This document shows positions 58,146-64,000 of a DNA stretch of 64,000 nucleotides, in pieces. How positions within the stretch are numbered: position 1 is the first letter of the stretch; the number at the start of each line of letters is the position of its first letter. Both the position numbers and the translations under genes were made by a program. The notes under the pieces are model-generated. The model was not told the origin of the DNA, did no database searches, and saw nothing but the letters and a program-made list of their open reading frames with translations. This DNA comes from a virus (taxonomy: Duplodnaviria > Caudoviricetes), in the IMG/VR virus record IMGVR_UViG_3300001525_000584, positions 153,630 to 217,629 of that record; one strand, given 5' to 3'.

Positions 58146-60096
58146 AAGTAATAGTAGTTTGCTTTCCTACTGTACTTAGGCTTTTAATAATTTGAGGTGC
58201 ACCATCATCGGGTTGCAATGCATCACCTACGTGCAAATCTTTGGCCATAACCCAGTCAGCAGAAGTTCTAAGCATTTTATAATAAGGTACTGTAAAAGTC
58301 TGTCCAGACACTTGCATTGCTTCACTTTTGCCAGTGCCACATATTACGTTTCTTCCTTCAAAGGTTATTTCTGTACCCTCCTCATAAAATTCTCTATTGT
58401 CGCTATAATCATTATCATACATATTAGAAGCGACAACTGCATATAGATCTTTTCCATCTTTATATGCCTGAATCATATTTTGGTCCTGAGTCATAAATGC
58501 AGTCATGCGTACTTCTTGAGCACTGAAGTCAGAACCTACGAGCCGCATACCTTCAGGAGCTTTAAATTGCATTCTTAATTCTTTTTGCCCTGCCGGTATA
58601 TTTTGCATATTTACTGAGGATATTTCGCAGTTTCGTCCTTCATCATCCATATAACGCACTTTACCCCCGGAACTAAAACGTCCAGTTTTTGCACCATACT
58701 GCCTAAAATGCGTATGAACATGCCTATCAGGCCAGAAGTTAACTAATACTGGGATGTTATCTATATAAGTAGATAATAGCTTAACTAGGCCTCTTCGTTC
58801 TATAAGAAGGTTGCAAATAGGTAACTGCGTCTTTTCTGCTAAAGCTTCTAATGCATCTTCTCCGGTGGCCCTGGGTTGTTTTTTGTCTACTACAGGTGCT
58901 TTGAGAATATTATAAAGAAGAATAGCCAGCTGAACCGGAGAGCCTAAATTTATCTCTTCAGGCAACTGTTCTACTAAGGCTTTGCCTACTTTATATCTCA
59001 TGCCTTTTTCATCTACAAAAGGATACTGTGCTGCAATCTCGTCATCTTTTTTCTTTGATTTTTTAGGTGCATAAGCTCGAGATGCTTCATTCGCTTCTTT
59101 AGATAAACGCCAGGCATTAATCATGGGCTTTAGCTTCTCTAGCTCTTCTGCAATAGCTGCATCACAAACAGTTAACTTATTATTATATTTTTCACTAAGT
59201 CTTCTATTATATTCTTCGTCTACTGCAACGCCACGCATCTCCATTTTTGCAACAACAGGCATGACAGCCATCTCAACATCTCTAAAAACTCTATACAGTT
59301 TTACATTATCAGGCTTTGCAAATTCATTAACCTGCCATTCATATAATGCATCAGTCATTTTAGAGTCTGTTGCTGCATAAAAGGCAAATACATCAGGATC
59401 CACATCGGCATAATGAACACCTTCAAATAGATCATTAATTTTATACTTTTCCTGATCAGGATCTATTTTTGCTATATACTGTTCCTTTAGAGATGCAGGT
59501 TCATTTTCATTTAATACCTGAGCTGCTAACATAGTATCCCAAAACACGGGTAAATCTATGCCACATGTATAATGAATGACCTGATAATCGAAGTCTGCAT
59601 GATGCATAATAATATGTGTTCCTGCATCAACTATTCTCTGAAAAGCATCATGCATGTCCTGTTCGGTTAATTGATTAGGTAACTTTTCTTTTGTTTCAGG
59701 GTCTCTGTGATTAATAGGTATATATACCTGCTTTTCTCCAGGGGTATATAAACAGGGGCCCATTAATTTACATGTATGCGTATCTGTAGTATTATTAGTC
59801 TCAGTATCTATAGCGATTCGACCAACTTTAATAGCTTTAGAGATATAATCATTTAAAGTTTCTTTATCTCTAATGCACATAACGTTATCTGCCTGTTTAC
59901 CTAATACTCTGAGTACTTCAGCTTTAATCAAAATCATCTTTTCTTTTATAGAAACTTTTTTTGATTTAACCTGTTTTTCTATAGATGCCTCAGTAGTTTT
60001 AGGCTTAGATAACTTTTCTTTTATTTTTTTAGTTTTGACTTTTTCATCAGGGAGTTTAAAATCATCGCCCCAAAGACTCTCTTCAATCTCTGGCAT
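58141..60096 (-). CDS. polA: DNA polymerase A, N-terminal fragment (3'-5' exonuclease, motif A) with degenerate intein-like tail
   Basis: IAIDTET, DTMLAA, YAATD, TGRFSS, NMQNIP, SDFSAQE, DLY. Confidence 0.92.
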   Translation of the reverse strand: MPEIEESLWGDDFKLPDEKVKTKKIKEKLSKPKTTEASIEKQVKSKKVSIKEKMILIKAEVLRVLGKQADNVMCIRDKETLNDYISKAIKVGRIAIDTETNNTTDTHTCKLMGPCLYTPGEKQVYIPINHRDPETKEKLPNQLTEQDMHDAFQRIVDAGTHIIMHHADFDYQVIHYTCGIDLPVFWDTMLAAQVLNENEPASLKEQYIAKIDPDQEKYKINDLFEGVHYADVDPDVFAFYAATDSKMTDALYEWQVNEFAKPDNVKLYRVFRDVEMAVMPVVAKMEMRGVAVDEEYNRRLSEKYNNKLTVCDAAIAEELEKLKPMINAWRLSKEANEASRAYAPKKSKKKDDEIAAQYPFVDEKGMRYKVGKALVEQLPEEINLGSPVQLAILLYNILKAPVVDKKQPRATGEDALEALAEKTQLPICNLLIERRGLVKLLSTYIDNIPVLVNFWPDRHVHTHFRQYGAKTGRFSSGGKVRYMDDEGRNCEISSVNMQNIPAGQKELRMQFKAPEGMRLVGSDFSAQEVRMTAFMTQDQNMIQAYKDGKDLYAVVASNMYDNDYSDNREFYEEGTEITFEGRNVICGTGKSEAMQVSGQTFTVPYYKMLRTSADWVMAKDLHVGDALQPDDGAPQIIKSLSTVGKQTTITF

Positions 60097-60145
60097 ACTT
60101 CTCCTCCTTTACTTTTACTTTACACATAAATATACAATTTCATAT

Positions 60146-60177
60146 AGAAAAAGCCCTCTATGTAAAGGGCTTTTTTC
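60146..60177 (-). terminator. terminator after SSB gene, followed by ATTGTATA (60131-60138)
   Basis: AAAAAGCCCT...AGGGCTTTTT hairpin. Confidence 0.7.
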
Positions 60178-60183
60178 ACTGTT

Positions 60184-61059
60184 TTAGAATTTATAAGTGA
60201 CCTGTCTGCGCGGAGGTGTCTGAGTACTAGGTGTTGCTGTAGCAGGTTCTTCAGGTTGCGTATTAAAAGTAGGAGGTGCTGTAAACGTTGCTGGAGCACT
60301 ATATGCAGGTTGTGCAGTTTCCGGAGTATTATATGTTGGCTGCGGAGGTGTGTATGTCTGGGGCGCATAAGCAGGCGTTACAGGAGCGCCTGATACAGCA
60401 TCGCTATGAGTTTCGGCAGGTTTTTGTGTTGCTGCCTGATTCTTACGTGCTTCTGCAAGTTCAGGATGCAGCATCTCCTGATACTGCTGCTGAGACTTCG
60501 TCAGAATAAAAACGGGATCGACCTGATTAAGCTCAGAAAAGTCGGCAACATAAAGCGTATCAGGATAAACATCTTTATTAATAATGGGCTGAATGTTATA
60601 ACGTGTACCTGTACCCGTACCACTTCTCTTAATCTTAAAGAGTAGAGTAGAGATGTCTCCATATTCATCAAAAAGGCTCTTCATATCGATATCTGCAAAA
60701 GCTGCAGGGCGATCCCATACAACGTTATTAAGTACCACTGTATTATTAGCATTAACAGTATATACGAGGAACTTAACAAATACTCTAATATCGGTAGCCA
60801 TGCCTTCTTCGCAAAGCTGGCAAGGGTGTTCTTCGTCGCATTTTACTCTAGCACCAAATCTGCGGCCCGGCCAATCCACTTGATGCGTAGGTACAAATAA
60901 AAGATCATCCATAGAATGATATGGAAAACGTACCACTACAGAGGAACCGTCTGTCCCCAAAAATTCACTTGCAAAATGTACCTCAGGTCTGTCTCCCGAG
61001 CCTCCTCCATTGGCAGGTCTACGACCAGCCTGCGTTGCCTTATAAGCCGCGTAATTCAT
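60184..61059 (-). CDS. single-stranded DNA-binding protein (gp32-like) with Pro/Thr-rich tail
   Basis: VVRF, H, C....C..C, KIKRSG.G..TRY.I pattern; between primase and polymerase. Confidence 0.65.
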   Translation of the reverse strand: MNYAAYKATQAGRRPANGGGSGDRPEVHFASEFLGTDGSSVVVRFPYHSMDDLLFVPTHQVDWPGRRFGARVKCDEEHPCQLCEEGMATDIRVFVKFLVYTVNANNTVVLNNVVWDRPAAFADIDMKSLFDEYGDISTLLFKIKRSGTGTGTRYNIQPIINKDVYPDTLYVADFSELNQVDPVFILTKSQQQYQEMLHPELAEARKNQAATQKPAETHSDAVSGAPVTPAYAPQTYTPPQPTYNTPETAQPAYSAPATFTAPPTFNTQPEEPATATPSTQTPPRRQVTYKF

Positions 61060-61134
61060 CTTTTTTACTCTCCTTAGTTACATCGTTAATAGTTACATCT
61101 TTGAAAAACTTAAAAATAAATGCTTCTTCACCTA

Positions 61135-62097
61135 TTATATACATTTTTCTTCTGCATAATGTACGCAGTTCCAAAATTCTTCTTTTGTTAAGTCATTAAT
61201 ATCTTTTTTACCTGCTGTTATAATAGGTACACATATAGGAAAAATACCAGGCTTTAATCTGCTTAATAATTTGTTTTTAAATTTATTCCCGTAAAAATCT
61301 CCATCAAACATTAAATATAAAATTCTGACGCCTGAATTATTTATTAAATCTATTTGATGATCTGATATAGCACCTATAGTAGCAACACAGGGCATACCAA
61401 AACCATAAGCTGAAACGGCATCTATTTGCCCTTCAGCAATCATAAACTTAGTAGGACTGTCCTGCAAAACATAATTTAATAGATATAAAGGTTTCTCTAC
61501 ATCTTTATCTATAATAAATTTTTTTTCTTTTACGCTGCGTCGAGTCAGCATAACTAAATCACCTTTTTCATCGCGCACAGGAAAAACTATGCATTCTGTA
61601 CCTGGATCATATTTTATTTGGAACCTTTTGCATAAATCTAAAGATAATTTTCGAGTATTCATATAAGGATGAAAACTCTGATAATTTTTTAATACATATT
61701 CTCTTAAAACTTTTTTAGGTTGCCTGTTTAAAGTTATTTTAGGTAAATCTATTAAATAATCTAAAGAGCCGTCTGAATAGTTTTCTATTAACCATCTTTT
61801 AGCCGTTTCATCAGAACACTCTAAGCATAGGGCAACAAAATGTTCAAAAGGACCTCTGGCATCGCAGGTAAAACAGTGAAAAAACCCTGGTTTTATTTTA
61901 TCCGTAGCTTCACCTATATAAATACCCGCCGATGCTTTTGTCTCTTTACCGCCTTTATGATCTTTATTAGGGCATGTGACCTGAATATTGTTACCTAAAT
62001 TTTTAACTGTAGATAATTTTCCCGGGCACATTCTTTGCAATTCTTTAATAATATCTATAATAGGGGTATTAATAACTTTGTTTCCCACTTTAAGCAT
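61135..62097 (-). CDS. DNA primase
   Basis: CP..H...C..C zinc finger; IVFPVRD; AEGQIDA; FDGD; KDIND (Toprim). Confidence 0.9.
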   Translation of the reverse strand: MLKVGNKVINTPIIDIIKELQRMCPGKLSTVKNLGNNIQVTCPNKDHKGGKETKASAGIYIGEATDKIKPGFFHCFTCDARGPFEHFVALCLECSDETAKRWLIENYSDGSLDYLIDLPKITLNRQPKKVLREYVLKNYQSFHPYMNTRKLSLDLCKRFQIKYDPGTECIVFPVRDEKGDLVMLTRRSVKEKKFIIDKDVEKPLYLLNYVLQDSPTKFMIAEGQIDAVSAYGFGMPCVATIGAISDHQIDLINNSGVRILYLMFDGDFYGNKFKNKLLSRLKPGIFPICVPIITAGKKDINDLTKEEFWNCVHYAEEKCI

Positions 62098-64000
62098 TAA
62101 AATACATCCTCTTCTGAATATGTATTACCGTTGCCATCCATAATAGGTGCCTCAGAATCTCCTTCAACTATAGGCTGCCAAATACCCTGGTTAAGATCAA
62201 TTTTATAAGTTAGAATTTGCCCAGAACCAGATTGCCGAGATTTAACTAAATGAAGTTTCATTAAATCATCTTTACGCTCTAGGAAAATTATAACGGAGCT
62301 GTCCTGCGCGATTCGGTCAGACTGTGCAATTTGTGTGGTATCAAAAGTCTTGCCTTCTTCTAATTTTTCTCTGTTCTGCTGCGAAACAGATATAATAGGT
62401 ATTCTCTTTACAGTTTGCAAAAGTTTTAACTGCTTAGAGATGTTACTAGCTTTTTCTACAGGATTTTTTGCCCCTGATTCATCCTCCAGCAAAGAATGCT
62501 GGTCAATAAACAAAACCTCTAACTTATATTTTTCAATAAAAGCTCTGAGTGCCGTTACTGTAGCAGGACCATTAATTTGTTTAGGCGTTAATACGTACAG
62601 TTTTCCAGGGATATTTTGAGACAACTTTTCTAGATAATTTTTATACTGATTTTTAATACTGCCGCTGCCATGGACCAAAGCCCCGTTGCTGATATGTCCT
62701 AAAATACTGTCGATACGATAACCTACGGTGTCTTCGGACATTTCGCCGGAGTAAACCCCCACTACTTTACCCTGTTCAGCAGCTGCCGCAGCACATTTTA
62801 GTGCAATCCAACTGTTATGTACTAAAGTATTATCTGCAAGTAAAAATCTATGGTCGCCGCCGCACTGAAAACCATAATATTCGATCTCATCTAATTCTTC
62901 TATGGTAAAAGGTGTAGTGACAGGTTTTCTTATAGCAGCTTTAGTGAGGTTTTTACCATAAATAATAACATCGCAGCATCTTTGTTCTACTGCAAAGCCT
63001 AAGCCTCGGACCAGCTGAGCAGTTTGTGCAGCAACAACCTCTGAGTGTAAATGGATGTTACATTTGTTATGCTTAATACGGCCACCTGTTTTAATAATAC
63101 CTTTAAGAAGACTAAAACGATACACAGCGGGCGCGGTTAAATAATTTAAAGGTATGCTGGCTGTTAAGTCATTAACAACAGAACAACCTAAAGTAAAAGG
63201 ATCGCGCTCTATAGGCTTCTCAGCATATCGAACTCCAGGTTTGTACAACTGATATTTATTTTTATCATGTTTGCTCAACCTTTTACATAAAGCCATATAC
63301 TGTTCGATGGTGATATCAAAAAGTTGCCAGAAATCTGTATTTACCAGCGTAAGAATATGTTGAGCAGACACAACAAAAGGCTCGCCGAGTTTAGGTATAA
63401 TTTTATAACCTTTAGCTTTACCATTATGACATGCCTCTACTGTATTAACGCCTTTTTCAGACTGCACCTTATCTCCGGGCTTAATATCTTCGATTTTTTT
63501 AATAGTGCCATCTGCCATTAAGCATTTAGTACCTTTTTCAAAACACTTACCTAAGCCATTCCGCGCTACTATAGTTACCAAATCTTCGTTAACATCCCAG
63601 CCGCCTAAAATATTATCTAGCTCTGCAAAACCTGTTTTAATAAAGTACTTATCAGGATTATTTACTTTATCTTCATAAGAATCAAAACGAGATTTATCTT
63701 CTATAAGGTCTGTTGCCTGTAAACTAATGAAACTAGTGGATTCTTCTGCAGCGTCCTGAAGTAAAGACATAGCTTTTTCAGATTCGCCATTCATGATATA
63801 ATCACGAACTTTAGTATAGTTGTTTACTAAGAATCTCTGCGTTTTATCCTTCATTAATTCTTCGAGTAAATAGTTTACAGGTTCATTTACCTGCATAATA
63901 TCAAAATCAGGAAAAACACTTAAAAAAGTTTCTTTGTCTGGTATAATAGAATACTGCTGTAAATGAGTCTTTATAAAATCAAATTCTTTTACATAGTCTG
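62097..64000 (-). CDS. dnaB: DnaB-like replicative helicase, intein-containing, 5'-truncated by window edge
   Basis: TGF.ELD, ARNGLGK|S Walker A, SGEM, FIDQ, SQQNR, QSDRIAQD, KSR; frame open upstream of 63896. Confidence 0.9.
   Translation of the reverse strand, partial: DYVKEFDFIKTHLQQYSIIPDKETFLSVFPDFDIMQVNEPVNYLLEELMKDKTQRFLVNNYTKVRDYIMNGESEKAMSLLQDAAEESTSFISLQATDLIEDKSRFDSYEDKVNNPDKYFIKTGFAELDNILGGWDVNEDLVTIVARNGLGKCFEKGTKCLMADGTIKKIEDIKPGDKVQSEKGVNTVEACHNGKAKGYKIIPKLGEPFVVSAQHILTLVNTDFWQLFDITIEQYMALCKRLSKHDKNKYQLYKPGVRYAEKPIERDPFTLGCSVVNDLTASIPLNYLTAPAVYRFSLLKGIIKTGGRIKHNKCNIHLHSEVVAAQTAQLVRGLGFAVEQRCCDVIIYGKNLTKAAIRKPVTTPFTIEELDEIEYYGFQCGGDHRFLLADNTLVHNSWIALKCAAAAAEQGKVVGVYSGEMSEDTVGYRIDSILGHISNGALVHGSGSIKNQYKNYLEKLSQNIPGKLYVLTPKQINGPATVTALRAFIEKYKLEVLFIDQHSLLEDESGAKNPVEKASNISKQLKLLQTVKRIPIISVSQQNREKLEEGKTFDTTQIAQSDRIAQDSSVIIFLERKDDLMKLHLVKSRQSGSGQILTYKIDLNQGIWQPIVEGDSEAPIMDGNGNTYSEEDVF
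62814..63545 (-). mobile_element. 244-aa intein in DnaB Walker A with degenerate LAGLIDADG remnant
   Basis: CFEKGT start; VSAQHIL; YYGFQ...FLLADNTLVHN/S end. Confidence 0.88.

Noticed and set aside
60120-60368. His/Leu/Gln-rich alternative-frame ORF over the SSB tail
   Set aside because: Frame shadow of the Pro/Thr-rich SSB tail; runs through a terminator.
1-64000. CRISPR arrays, tRNAs, rRNAs, stop-codon reassignment
   Set aside because: No spaced repeats or cloverleafs noticed by eye; genes are intact and densely packed under the standard code.

Overview
64 kb of a large, AT-rich tailed bacteriophage genome in the standard genetic code; SD-led genes and gene content suggest an anaerobic Firmicutes/Bacillota host. 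The + strand (1-36.8 kb) carries ribosomal protein bS21, nucleotide-salvage genes and a long tail-fibre/adhesin block with two glycosyltransferases and a 3-gene moron-like cassette. The - strand (36.9-64 kb) carries replication and nucleotide metabolism: DnaB, primase, SSB, PolA, a 7-deazaguanine cluster (queC, queD, queE, folE, YhhQ-type transporter, TGT/DpdA-like protein), sliding clamp, SNF2 helicase and anaerobic RNR. Highlights: (1) two essential genes, nrdD and polA, are each split by a cassette of the same architecture: triple tandem repeat, GCTAAATT promoter, ribbon-helix-helix gene, endonuclease, then the overlapping C-terminal gene half. NrdD is rejoined by a canonical split intein; PolA has only a degenerate intein-like remnant. 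(2) Two copies of a covarying, SD-sequestering H-type pseudoknot leader precede queC and the queuosine-precursor transporter, a candidate non-canonical preQ0/preQ1 riboswitch. (3) Two phage-specific promoter motifs. (4) A DGG-tail / Mtd-N-head pattern linking consecutive fibre genes. All family assignments come from motif recognition by eye, not database searches.
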